Numbered from the stretch's first letter, positions 18,820 through 29,576 are shown. The stretch is DNA of 64,000 nt from an uncultured Phycisphaerales bacterium (GCA_963755915.1 CAVWLP010000003.1:1184001-1248000), one strand, 5' to 3'. Notes: a model not told the origin generated them from the letters alone. Numbers and translations: made by a program.

Positions 18820-20788
18820 ATGAAGAAGTCGCGTCTGGCTTTAAATTCGGCCGTTATTTTTGGCGCCGGGCTTTGCTGGCTGCCTGGTGTGGCGTCGGCG
18901 CAGTCGTTTGTGGGTAGCCCGCAGACGGATGGGGATACGATTTACCTGGGGTCGGGCGGCCAGGGAGTTAATCCCACCGCCGCTACGCCCGTTCCTAACC
19001 GATCCAACGGTAGTGGGGGACAATTCGGGAACAACGGCGACATAATTGCCAGCGTCGTAATTGCGACTGGCTACGAGGACGTACAAAATACTTCGACCAC
19101 CATTCCCACTAACGCGATTACACAGCCGACAATTTTCTTCCAGATTAATGTCTATAACCCCAGCACCGGCACCGCGACCGATATCACCAACAGTTCGCAG
19201 TCCGGCTACTACACCGACTACGACCTCATGCTGGAAACGAGCCCCGGGGCCGGCCTCGTATCCACGCCTGCCACCGTCACAAACCCGTCCAGTTATGGTA
19301 ATCCTTTCGGAATCAGCACCGGCGAGAATTACTTCATCGCCGGCTACAACACCAGATCCGGAAGTCCCAGCACCAGCGGCAACAACGAAGTGTACAACTA
19401 TTCGTCGGGCGCCTGGAGTGAGATCGGCGGGAACAATTCATCGCCCTACAACGCGACCACCACGGTCATCACCACGACCTCGATGACATACGGCATTCCG
19501 ATTAACGAACTCGGTCTCAACATCGGCAATAACTTTACATTTGACGCCTATACGACCTTCGGCGTTCCTGGCGGCCAGTCCGCCTACGACGATCTTGACG
19601 ATCCCTCTTTTGCACCCGCGGATTACTATCCCTATTCCAACGGCGCGGGAACGCCCACGCCTTTCGACAGCGCAACCTATAACAGCGGAACGAATCAGAA
19701 TTCGCTGGCCAGCTATACGGTTCTTTCACCGACGTTGACGTGGAATAACGCCGGTGCGCCGCGGGGACGGCGGACGGAATCACCTGGGTTGCCGCGACGA
19801 ACAGTACAGCGCCGACGAGTCTGAATTACAACTGGAACAACGGGATGTACGCGGACTACTACGTTGATGGGGCCAACGTAGTGTTCAGCGACAGCATTGG
19901 GGGCACGAGCTCAGCGAATGTGACGCTGACGACGACGGTGAGCCCGGGGTCGGTGACCGTGAACAATAATGCCGAAAGTTATGCGATCACGGGCGGTGGG
20001 CTGATCGTCGACACTGGAGCTTTCACCAAGAGCGGAACAAACACGCTTACGCTGGGCGTCGGGCTTACGGCGAGCAGCCTGGCGATTAGCGGGGGAAATG
20101 TGATCCTGGCCAAGGGCGCGACGGCGGGAACGTGGTCGGCTGCTCATCCGAACAGCAACGTCAATATCTCGTCGCTGACGATCGCGGCGAACAGCGTGCT
20201 GGATATTACGAACAACCACGTGATCATCGACTACGGCAGCAGCGACCCGATGGCGATGATTTACGGGTATCTCAAGAGCGGATTCAACAACGGTGGGTGG
20301 AACGGGACATCGGGAATTATCTCGAGCAGGCGCAGAGTCCGACCAACGGCCTTCGCTATGGAATCGGCTGGGCGGACGGGAACGATAAGACCGGAAACGT
20401 TGCGGGACTCACGAGCGGGGAAATCGAATTGAAATACACGCTGCTGGGTGATGCGAATCTGGATCAAACAGTGAATGGATCGGACTTCTCGATCCTGGCG
20501 GCGAACTTCGGGCTGGGCGTGACAAACTGGGACCAGGGGAACTTCCTTTACGGCAGTTCCGTGAACGGCTCGGACTTCAGCGCGCTGGCGGCGAACTTTG
20601 GGCAAGGTGACAGCGGAGCGTCGGTGACGCCGGCGGACATCGCGGCACTGGACGCGTTTGCGGCGGCGAATGGGCTGCCCGCGCCGGACTTCGCATCGGT
20701 GCCGGAGCCGGCGACGCTATCGCTGGCGGCGTTGGCGGGGGTTTCGATCATGGCGCGGCGACGGGGGCGAACTTGCAAATCATCATGA
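18820..20788 (+). CDS. PEP-CTERM protein with dockerin-like cassette (frameshifts at ~19760 and ~20325)
   Basis: Three consecutive ORF pieces join into signal peptide - domain paralogous to 6367..7119 - beta-strand repeat - LLGDANLD cassette - VPEPATLSLAALAGVSIMARRR. Confidence 0.85.
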
Positions 20789-20799
20789 GATGCGGGCGA

Positions 20800-20865
20800 T
20801 TGTCGGAAATTTGCAGATTGTGTTCGCAAATTTGCAGGCGATGCGGCGTTTGCGGGTGATATCCT
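20800..20865 (+). promoter_or_regulatory. Candidate XylR-type activator site and -10 box
   Basis: TTGTCGGAAATTTGCAGATTGTGTTCGCAAATTTGCAG (20803/20824); TATCCT at 20860. Confidence 0.6.
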
Positions 20866-20883
20866 TTTGAAGGTCGTTGGTTA

Positions 20884-23166
20884 GTGGAGTATCAACCAAT
20901 CGGCAGGCGAGGGTTCAACTCGATGGGTCTGGCGGCCGCGGCGGCGGCGCCGGTGGTGTTCGCCGGGGTGGCGTGGGGGCAGCCGTTTTTCATGGGGTCG
21001 GACATATCGCTTGAGACGTTCATGCAACAGCAGGGGGTAACCTTTACCGACAACGGCGTGGCCGCGCCGGCGGATCAGATTCTTTACAACAACGGGGACA
21101 ATCTTTTCCGGCTGCGGCTGTTTGTGAATCCGAATACCAGCTACAGCGCCACGGAGGGGGCGATCCAGACGACGGCGTATGACATCGCGCTGGCGCAGCA
21201 GATCAAGGCGGATGACCCCAGCGCGAAAATCGAGCTGGATCTGCACTACTCCGATACCTGGGCCGATCCGGGAGATCAATATATTCCGGCGGCGTGGGCT
21301 GGGGAGACCAATGCGCAGCTCAATACTTCGCTTTACAATTACACGCTGAATACGCTCGATTCGTTCAAGTCCGCGGGGGTGATGCCGGATATCGTTCAAT
21401 TGGGGAATGAGATCAACAACGGAATGCTGTGGTATCCGCAGGGTTCGAGCACGGCGACGGTGGGATATACGGGAGAAGTCAGCTACACCGGGACGACGAT
21501 GCAGCAGCAGGCGTCGTGGGCGGCGTTTGGGCAACTGATTAATTCTGGCGTCGCCGCGGTGCATGCGGCGCAGGGTGCGGGGCCGAGGACGCAGATTTCG
21601 CTGGTGATCGGGAATGGGGATTCCAGCGGGGAGCCGCAATATTTTTTCGATACGCTCACCAGCCCTTCGTGGGGAAATGTGCCGGCCAGCAGCTTCGACA
21701 TCATGGGGGTGGATTTTTATCCATCGACCAACGATATGTCGACGCTCAGCACGAACATGACGGCGCTGGCGAACACGTTTAACAAGAAGATCATGGTGAT
21801 GGAGACGGCGGCGCCGTGGGAGACGGACAAATCGCTGACGTTTGATCCAGCGTATTCGCCCTATACTGCGGCGAACCAGGCGGCTTATTTGAGCGCGCTG
21901 GCGACGACCGTTGAAGATCTGCCAAACAACGATGGGATGGGGCTGATGTACTGGTATCCGGAATCGGTGCAGATTCCGGGGTATTCGATTTATAACGGGG
22001 GAGCGACGGCGCTTTTCAACAAATCTTACCAGGCGCTGCAGGCGGTGAGCGATTTCAGCATAACGCAGCATCAATGGAACACGTCCGCTTCCGGAACGTG
22101 GAGCACGAGTTCGAACTGGACGAATTCTTCGCCGAGTGGGAGCGATGTGGAGGCGGATTTTCTGGGGGCGATTACAACGGGGCAGACGATTACCGATTCG
22201 TCGACGACGACGCTGGGGATGATTCGGTTTGAGAACGCGAACACTTACACGCTTTCGGGAACGGGATCGCTAACGCTGCTGGCGAGCGTGGGGTGGTCGT
22301 ATATCGTGGTGCAGCAGGGGACGCAGCAGATTAATCTGCCGGTGACGGTGGCGAGCAGTGCGCAGTTCAGCGTGGGGGCGGGATGTACGCTGAATCTTGG
22401 GGGCGCGGTTACGGTGAATTCGGGGCAGGTACTCAGCCCGAGCGAGACGGGGATCATCAATTATCAGTCGTCGGTGACCGTCGATAGCAACGCCAGTATG
22501 TCGTTTGCGAATTCGACGAATACGCCGTCGCTGACGATTGCCGCGGGCGGGTCGGCAGCGATCACCGGGACGGGGGTCGTGCTGCAAACGAGTTCGCTGA
22601 ATAATAACGGGACGCTGGACGTTCAGAACAACGAGCTGCTGATTAATTATGGCAGTTCGGATCCTATCGCGTCGGTGCGGGCGGAGCTGATGGCCGGATT
22701 TAACAACGGCTCGTGGAACGGGTCGAGCGGAATTGTCTCCAGCGTGGCGTCAGTGAATGCGAACTACGGGCTGGGATGGGCGGACGGCGTTGTCGCGGGA
22801 CTTTCCAGCGGGCAGATCGAGGTGAAATATACGCTGCTGGGGGATGCGAACCTCGACGGGGTGGTGAACGGGTCGGACTTCAGCATTCTGGCGGCGAATT
22901 TTGGGACCGGGGCAACGAACTGGGACCAGGGGAATTTTCTGTACGCGAGTTCGGTGAATGGATCGGATTTTTCGGCGCTGGCGGCAAATTTCGGGCTGGG
23001 GGCGAATGTAACGGCGGCGGATGTGGCGGCGCTGGATGCCTTTGCGGCGGCGAATGGGCTGCTGGCCGATGTGCCGGAGCCGGAGATGCTGGGGCTGGTG
23101 GCGGCAGCGGGAATGGCGGGACTTGCGCGGCGGCGGCGGGTGGGCGCACGGTTTGCCGCGAGATAA
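20884..23166 (+). CDS. GH53 galactanase fused to dockerin-like cassette and PEP-CTERM
   Basis: GSDIS, LDLHYSDTWADPG, VQLGNEIN, VMETAAP, YWYPE; then LLGDANLD.. and VPEPEMLGLVAAAGMAGLARRRR. Confidence 0.9.
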   Translation: MEYQPIGRRGFNSMGLAAAAAAPVVFAGVAWGQPFFMGSDISLETFMQQQGVTFTDNGVAAPADQILYNNGDNLFRLRLFVNPNTSYSATEGAIQTTAYDIALAQQIKADDPSAKIELDLHYSDTWADPGDQYIPAAWAGETNAQLNTSLYNYTLNTLDSFKSAGVMPDIVQLGNEINNGMLWYPQGSSTATVGYTGEVSYTGTTMQQQASWAAFGQLINSGVAAVHAAQGAGPRTQISLVIGNGDSSGEPQYFFDTLTSPSWGNVPASSFDIMGVDFYPSTNDMSTLSTNMTALANTFNKKIMVMETAAPWETDKSLTFDPAYSPYTAANQAAYLSALATTVEDLPNNDGMGLMYWYPESVQIPGYSIYNGGATALFNKSYQALQAVSDFSITQHQWNTSASGTWSTSSNWTNSSPSGSDVEADFLGAITTGQTITDSSTTTLGMIRFENANTYTLSGTGSLTLLASVGWSYIVVQQGTQQINLPVTVASSAQFSVGAGCTLNLGGAVTVNSGQVLSPSETGIINYQSSVTVDSNASMSFANSTNTPSLTIAAGGSAAITGTGVVLQTSSLNNNGTLDVQNNELLINYGSSDPIASVRAELMAGFNNGSWNGSSGIVSSVASVNANYGLGWADGVVAGLSSGQIEVKYTLLGDANLDGVVNGSDFSILAANFGTGATNWDQGNFLYASSVNGSDFSALAANFGLGANVTAADVAALDAFAAANGLLADVPEPEMLGLVAAAGMAGLARRRRVGARFAAR

Positions 23167-23254
23167 TTCGCTGCAGGGCTCTCATCGGCGAAACTTTTCC
23201 TCAATTCGCGCGTCAAACTCCCAGTCATCTCGCTTTGTGATGAAGGGTGGATTT

Positions 23255-24526
23255 ATGTCGCGAACGGTCTATTTTCTGACGGCGTCAATCATCTGCGTCC
23301 TGCTTGTCGCATTAAAATTGCACGGATCGATTGCCGGGGATTCGGACTCAGCCGTTTATCCAACCGCCCCGCCGGAGGATGTGAAGGCGGCGGCCGCGAG
23401 CAATAACGCGTTTGCCGTCAATCTTTACGCGAAGCTTTCCTCCTCGCAGGGGAATCTACTCTTTTCGCCTTACAGCATCGACACGGCGCTGGGGATGGCG
23501 TATGGCGGAGCGCGCGGAAATACGGCGGCGCAGATGGCGCAGACGCTGAAATTTTCGATTCCAGATGCGCGGTTGCATCCGGCGCTGGGAGGCGCTGGCA
23601 GGTGCGCTCAGCGGGGAAGCCTGGGCGAATGGCAAGCAGTTGTTCGATCTGTCCGTCGCCGACGCGGTCTGGACGCAGCAGGGATTCCATTTCGATCCGA
23701 CGTATATCAACCTGCTGCAGACGAATTATGCGACGGAGCTGCACCAGTCGGATTTCGCCGGGAATTCGGGGCAGGCGTGCAACGACATTAACCAGTGGGT
23801 GGGGAAGAAAACCAAGGGGATGATTCCCGCTGCGCTGGGCCAGCTCGATCCCGCGACCCGGCTGGTGCTGGTGAACGCGATTTATTTTAAGGGGAAATGG
23901 CAACTTCAGTTCAAGAAGGAGCAGACGTCGGATCAGCCGTTCCATCTGGATGCCGGTAGCAGCGTCTCTTCGCCGCTGATGTTTGAGGAAATCAATTGCC
24001 GTGCGGCGGAAAATAGGGACTTGCAGGCGGTGGAACTGCCGTATCAGGGGGACAAGCTTTCGATGGTGGTGATCCTGCCGAGGACGGTGGATGGATTGGC
24101 GGCGTTGGAGAAGAAACTTTCGCCGGATGTTCTGGATCAATTGATCGGCGAGATGGTGCTTCAGGATGTCAACGTGCATTTGCCGAAGTTCAAGATGTCG
24201 GGGCGATTTGATCTGGTGGGGGTTCTGGGATCGATGGGGATGAGTGATGCTTTCGATCCCGCATTGGCGGATTTTCGGGGATCACCACCCAGGAGCGGCT
24301 GTATATCAACTCGGCGATTCATCTGGCAAAGATGGACTTGAACGAAGAGGGGACGGAAGCGGCGGCGGTGACGGTGATCGGTGTGAGGGCAGGGATTGCA
24401 ATGCCCGCCCCCCCACCGCCGCTGGAGTTCCGGGCGGACCATCCGTTTTTGTTCATGATCCGCGACAACAGCTCTGGGGCGATCTTGTTTATGGGGCGGT
24501 TGGTAAACCCGCAAAACGCGGCGTGA
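23255..24526 (+). CDS. Serpin (serine protease inhibitor), secreted; frameshifts at ~23590 and ~24275
   Basis: NNAFAVNLY, NLLFSPYSI..GARGNTA, LVNAIYFKGKW, LPKFKM, EEGTEAAAVT..FRADHPFLFMIRD..ILFMGRLVNP. Confidence 0.88.
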
Positions 24527-24589
24527 AACGGCAGCAGACTTTCCCTGGCCGGATTAAACCTCATCTCTTAACAGGCCGATCTGGCCTGT

Positions 24590-25966
24590 ATGGGTTCGGG
24601 ACAACTGCGCACATCGTGGCGTCGGCGGCTTTGGATTGGGTGGTCTCTCGTTGCCCTGCTGATCATCACCATAATTGTGGGCAGCTTTGCGGCGTCGAAA
24701 GATAAGGGAATTCCCGCGAAAGGTATCGGGCTGGATTTCGTAGCATTTTATCGGGCGGGGGTGCTAGTCGATCAGGGGCAGGCAAATCAGCTTTATGATC
24801 TGAAGGCCACAGGGGATTTTGATCGTGAGCTGGTGCAGCGGGAAAAGTTGCCGCTGGAGAATAAGATCGGGCTCTTTTATAATCCGCCATTTTTTGCCTG
24901 GGTTTTTGCGCCGCTGGTGGGATTGGGATATTCGGCGGCGCTTGGGGTTTGGCTGGGATTTGGAATCGTGTGCTTTATCGCGGCGGCGTGGCTCATTGCC
25001 CGGATGGTTCCGCCACGGGTGACGCCGGGGAGTTTAAGTGAAGGAATGGGGGGGATGCCGGTGCGGCAGTGGAAGGATTGGGCGCTGGTGCCGGCACTGA
25101 TGTGCGTTTCGCTGCCGTTTATTCAGACAATCATGCATGGGCAGAACACGTTTCTGTCGCTGCTGCTGGCGGCGGGGGTAGTAACGATGTGGCGGCAGGG
25201 GCGGGGATTTGCGACCGGAGCGATGGCGGGGCTGCTGGTCTATAAGCCGCAGTTGGCGGCGGTGATCTTGGCGGCGGTCGTCGTGACCCTGGGGTGGCGG
25301 GCATTTTTGGGGGCGGTTGCGAGCATTGGGGGGTTGCTGCTGATTAATGTGGTGACGTTGCCGGGGAGTCTTCAGGATTACTTCAGGCGACTGGGGCCGG
25401 ATTTCACATGGATGCTGGCGAATCATTCGTATCTGTGGGAAAGGCATGTGACGTTTCGAGGGTTCTGGCAGGTGATTCTTCAGAATGCGTCGCCGGGGGC
25501 GGCGGCTGGACTGGCGCCGAAGCTGGCGATTTTGTGCGCGGCGCCGCTGGGAGTTTGGGTGGCGGCGTGTGTGTGGAGGAACCGCAAGTCGATGGAGCGC
25601 GATCGCATGATCGCGGCGGTGATGATGGCTTCGCCATTGATGATGCCGTATTATGTCGATTACGATCTGCTGCTGCTGGCCTTGCCGGCGGTTTTGTTCG
25701 CGGGGGAAATGATGCAGCGCGATGCGGGGTCACCTATGAATGCGCGGGATAACTGGGTCACTCGGCTTTGGGTCGGGTTGTTTCTTTTGATGCTGGTGAA
25801 TCCGGGGTTGACCAAGACGTTTCATTTTAATCTTTGCGTTCCGGTGCTCTGCATGATTGCAGTGCTGTTGATTTCGCGGGCCTGGGGAAAAGAAGCGGTG
25901 CAGAGGGGGAATGAGACGGCCGTGGTGACGTCGGCGGATCGGACGCCGCTGAGCGCGGCGGCTTAA
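24590..25966 (+). CDS. GT87-like (DUF2029) membrane glycosyltransferase
   Basis: DFVAFYRAG, FYNPPFFA, HGQNTF, YKPQL, YDLLLL; many TM helices. Confidence 0.85.
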   Translation: MGSGQLRTSWRRRLWIGWSLVALLIITIIVGSFAASKDKGIPAKGIGLDFVAFYRAGVLVDQGQANQLYDLKATGDFDRELVQREKLPLENKIGLFYNPPFFAWVFAPLVGLGYSAALGVWLGFGIVCFIAAAWLIARMVPPRVTPGSLSEGMGGMPVRQWKDWALVPALMCVSLPFIQTIMHGQNTFLSLLLAAGVVTMWRQGRGFATGAMAGLLVYKPQLAAVILAAVVVTLGWRAFLGAVASIGGLLLINVVTLPGSLQDYFRRLGPDFTWMLANHSYLWERHVTFRGFWQVILQNASPGAAAGLAPKLAILCAAPLGVWVAACVWRNRKSMERDRMIAAVMMASPLMMPYYVDYDLLLLALPAVLFAGEMMQRDAGSPMNARDNWVTRLWVGLFLLMLVNPGLTKTFHFNLCVPVLCMIAVLLISRAWGKEAVQRGNETAVVTSADRTPLSAAA

Positions 25967-25988
25967 TTTGGGATTGTGAGGAACACAT

Positions 25989-26929
25989 ATGCGGCTTTCG
26001 ATTGTTATTCCACTTTTGAACGAAAAAGAAAGTTTGCGGGAGCTGCATCGGCGGCTGTGTGCCGTCTGCGAGAAGATCGGATGCGAGCGGGACATCATCC
26101 TGGTGGATGATGGGAGCAACGATGGGTCGGCGGACGTGATCCGGGAGCTTTCGGCAGCAGACAAGACGGTGACGGGGCTACGGCTGTCGCGCAATTTCGG
26201 GCACGAGGCGGCGAGCACGGCGGGGATGGATATCGCCCACGGCGATGCGACGATTCTGATGGATGCGGATTTGCAGGATCCGCCGGAGATGATCGAGGAG
26301 ATGGTCAAGCTCTGGAAGGAAGGGCATGAGGTTGTTTACGCGGTGCGGCGGACACGATCCGGGGAATCGCCGGCGAAACAGGCGGCGGCGTGGCTCTTCT
26401 ATCGCGTGCTGAATTGTCTGTCGGATGTTCCGATTCCGCTGGACGTGGGTGATTTTCGGCTGATGGATAGCCGGGTGATGCAGTCGCTGCGGAACTGCCG
26501 CGAGCAGAACCGGTTTGTGCGCGGGCTGGTGGCGTGGACGGGGTATCGATCGGCGGCGATTCATTACGATCGGCCGGCGCGGAGTTCGGGGGAGACGCAT
26601 TATGGGATCTGGAAGCTGATGTTCCTTTCGCTGGACGCGTTTTTTGGGTTTTCGCTATCGCCGCTGCGGTTGGCATCGGTGGCGGGGATTTTCATCGCGG
26701 CCTTCAGCGTAATCTGGCGGTGGGGATCCCGGGGACGATGACGGGAAGTGCGCTGTTTTTCCTGGGGGGCGTGCAACTGATGTGTACGGGGATTCTGGGG
26801 GAATATATCGGGCGGATTTATCGGCAGGGGCAGAATCGGCCGTTGTATCTGGTGGCGGAGGAGATTCCGGCGACGGGGAGCGTGGTGGAGGCGGAGAGGC
26901 AGAGAGAGAAGGTTGTGGCGGCGGCGTGA
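25989..26929 (+). CDS. GT2 polyprenol-phosphate glycosyltransferase (GtrB-like); frameshift/deletion near 26710
   Basis: [48 protein letters not shown]; tail [15 protein letters not shown] in another frame. Confidence 0.85.
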
Positions 26930-26934
26930 GAAGA

Positions 26935-26969
26935 GAATGCCGAATGCCGATTGCCAAATGCCGAATGGA
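26935..26969 (+). repeat. Heptamer tandem repeat (GAATGCC)x5, imperfect
   Basis: GAATGCC GAATGCC GATTGCC AAATGCC GAATGGA. Confidence 0.7.
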
Positions 26970-27309
26970 ATACGTTGAGGGAATTGCGAGTTAAAAATTG
27001 GTGTCGGGGGCATGGGTACAAAAGGTAACAGTCCGCAACAAACTGGGGCGATTGGGTGGTTTGGGGTAGCGTATTGAGATTGATTTGTCGCATTAAGGAA
27101 GTGGAGATTCGGTTTTGCGACTCACGCTCTAATGCAGCGATTTGGTAGATTGATGTAGTTGGATTGTGGTGGAGCGATTGGTACGCGAAATAGCGTAAAC
27201 CGTCGTGACTATGATCGTTGTGGTTTGAGACGGCGCGGAAAGGGGTGTGGGGTATCCAAGGTTTGAACGGGTTTGGAAACGCCGATATTATTTAGAGCGA
27301 GTTTTGGCT

Positions 27310-27519
27310 ATGACGTTGACTCTGGAAGTTGAATTGCCTGATGACCTGGCCCGTCTGCGGCTGCCTAATGCAGTTGCCGCACGGTTGCAGTCATTGCTTG
27401 ATCGTCAGGATGCGGGGACACCGCTTTCGACCGCCGAGCGAGAGGAGGCCGAGGGGCTGGTCAGTCTGGCTGAATTTCTCGCCTTGCTACGCTTGCGCGA
27501 AGAACGAATGACGAAATGA
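27310..27519 (+). CDS. Small hypothetical protein, putative partner/antitoxin of HNH nuclease
   Basis: MTLTLEVELPDDLARLRLP..RLQSLLDRQD..LSTAEREEAEGLV; ATGA overlap with the HNH gene. Confidence 0.7.
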   Translation: MTLTLEVELPDDLARLRLPNAVAARLQSLLDRQDAGTPLSTAEREEAEGLVSLAEFLALLRLREERMTK

Positions 27520-27926
27520 GCGGCGTTCCGACCGCACTTCGACAGACGGTGCTTTTGCGTTCGCAGGGGCGCTGCGAATATTGCCGCCTTTCGCAAGCCG
27601 CTCAAGAAGCCGCTTTTCACATCGATCATATTGTTCCAAGAGCTGCCGGAGGTCCGACCACCGAGGACAATCTTGCCGTGGCGTGTGTTTCCTGCTCGCT
27701 GCGAAAGGCGGCAAAACAATCCGGAATTGACCCTGAATCGGGTGAGGAGACGCCGCTTTATAATCCGCGCGCTCAGAAATGGGTCGAGCATTTTCTGTGG
27801 GACAACGAGGTGATCAAAGGCCTCACACCGGTTGGTCGGGCGACAATTTTGGCGCTGAAATTGAACCGTGCACTGATCGTTGCCATCCGCCGCGAAGAGA
27901 TGATTCGCGGGCGGCATCCGGTTTGA
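27516..27926 (+). CDS. HNH endonuclease
   Basis: CEYC, FHIDHIVP..GG, NLAVACVSC, LYNPR..W..HF, GLTPVGRATI..LKLN. Confidence 0.9.
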   Translation: MSGVPTALRQTVLLRSQGRCEYCRLSQAAQEAAFHIDHIVPRAAGGPTTEDNLAVACVSCSLRKAAKQSGIDPESGEETPLYNPRAQKWVEHFLWDNEVIKGLTPVGRATILALKLNRALIVAIRREEMIRGRHPV

Positions 27927-27971
27927 ATTGGGCGAACTATGGAAGGAGATCGCTCATTGGTGATGTCTGCT

Positions 27972-28066
27972 GTTTGTTTCATGGGCGGGTGAAACGGCGA
28001 GCAAGCTCGCCGGCTACACGAGCCCTCACCCCTGCCCTCTCCCCGGGTACCGGGAGAGGGGGAAGA
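27972..28066 (+). repeat. Composite repeat: GTAG-type REP hairpin + CCCTCACCCC hairpin, copy A
   Basis: CGGCGAGCAAGCTCGCCGGCTAC followed by the REP-like hairpin; directly repeated at 31874-31968. Confidence 0.8.
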
Positions 28067-28087
28067 GCGGGAAAGGGACTAATCTGG

Positions 28088-29576
28088 TAATCCCGTTCGG
28101 CACGGGGTTCGCGCAAGCAGCAAGATATTGAGATTGCGCCTTTGATCTTTTTATGGCATGCTGCCGGACGTGCAGGCAAGACTGAAGGAAAAAGAGATCC
28201 TGTGCCTCGGACATCTGCGGCGCGTCTTGCGCTGCTGCCCACGCTGCGGGATGTGGGCTGTGAGCGGGATCGAGCCGGGAACCGCCAGCTTCACTTCGAC
28301 GATTATTGCAAGCTGGTTTTGCTTTACACCTGGAATCCGCTGATCCAATCCCTGCGGGATCTTCAGGAGGTTGCTGAAATGCCCAAGGTGGCCAAGGCGC
28401 TGGGAATTAAGCGTTTTTCCGTGGGCAGTTTCTCTGAATCGGTTCGGGTGTTCGAGCCGGGGCGTTTGACGCCGCTGATTGAGGAATTGGCGGGGGAACT
28501 GCCCCAGGCGCCCGATCCGCGTCTTGCGGACTTTGGGCAGGCGATCACGCTGGTCGACGGGACGGTGCTGACGGCGCTGAGTCGGCTGGCCAAATCCGCT
28601 TGCGGCATCGATGCGCGCTACAACACCTCCCGGGACGGGAAAGCGGTCTATGGCTGGCGTTTGCACGTTCAATTCGATCTGGAGACGTTCAAAGTCCATC
28701 GCCTCGACCGCACTGGCGCTCGCAACGCGGGGGCCAACCGTGAAAACAACGTCCTGCGGCGCAGCCTGGAAGCAGGACGGTGCTATGTAGGAGACGGCGG
28801 CTACGCCGACCGGAGCCTCTTTGCGGACATCGCCGCGGCGCAAAGCTCCTTTGTGATGCGGGCCGCGGAAAACTCGGTGTTTGAGCTGTTTGAAGAACGA
28901 TTGCTTTCACAGGAAGCATTGGACGGCGGCGTGGTGCGAGACGCGCTGGTGAAACTCGACGGCCTGGAGACGGCGGCGGATAGGGTGGTGCGACGGGTGG
29001 AAGTGCAGGTGAAACCCCATCCGCGCCGCACGCGCAGCGGCAACAAGCCGACGGACCTGATCATCCTGTACACGAACCTGCTGGACCTGCCGGCGGAATT
29101 GATCGCCCTGATTTATCTGTACCGCTACACCGTTGAGTTGTTCTTCCGGATCTTCAAGCAACTGCTGGGCATGCGTCACCTGCTGAGCCAACGCCAGGAG
29201 GGGATCGACATCCAAATCCACTGCGCGCTGATCGTCTGCGTGCTGATTCAGCTGATCAGCGGCAGGAAGCCGAACAAGGCGATGCGGAACATGATCGGCT
29301 GGTATCTGCTGGGGCTGGCCGAGGAACAGGACGTGCTTCGATTCCTGAACAAGCCGGATAACACCGGGATTAAGCTGAGGGCAAGAGCGGAGGCCTTGAA
29401 AAAACTGGGAGTAAACTGAAGGGGAATCCGTCGCCGCGGAGACCTCGCGGTTGATGCTGCGCTCTTGCGGACGCCGGCGTGCAGCAGGGGAAAGTAAAAG
29501 TATCTAAGCTTCAATTGTTTCGCGTCCTCCACAGCTTTGGAATGCTCCGATGAAGCCTGCGTGCCGAACGGGATTA
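28088..29576 (+). mobile_element. IS4-family insertion sequence (1489 bp)
   Basis: 17-bp perfect terminal IR TAATCCCGTTCGGCACG (28088-28104 / 29560-29576); 9-bp target duplication CTAATCTGG (28079-28087 / 29577-29585). Confidence 0.92.
28158..29419 (+). CDS. IS4-family DDE transposase (probable frameshift ~28228)
   Basis: VDGT, VGDGGY, YLYRYTVELFFRIFK (YREK signature); N-terminus MLPDVQARLKEKEILCL in a different frame. Confidence 0.88.

Noticed and set aside
27085-27151. Possible additional XylR site (TTGTCGCATT..TTCGG..TAGATT) before the HNH pair, and a half-site at 34172
   Set aside because: Second half-sites are poor and the -10 spacing deviates (37 and 34 bp).
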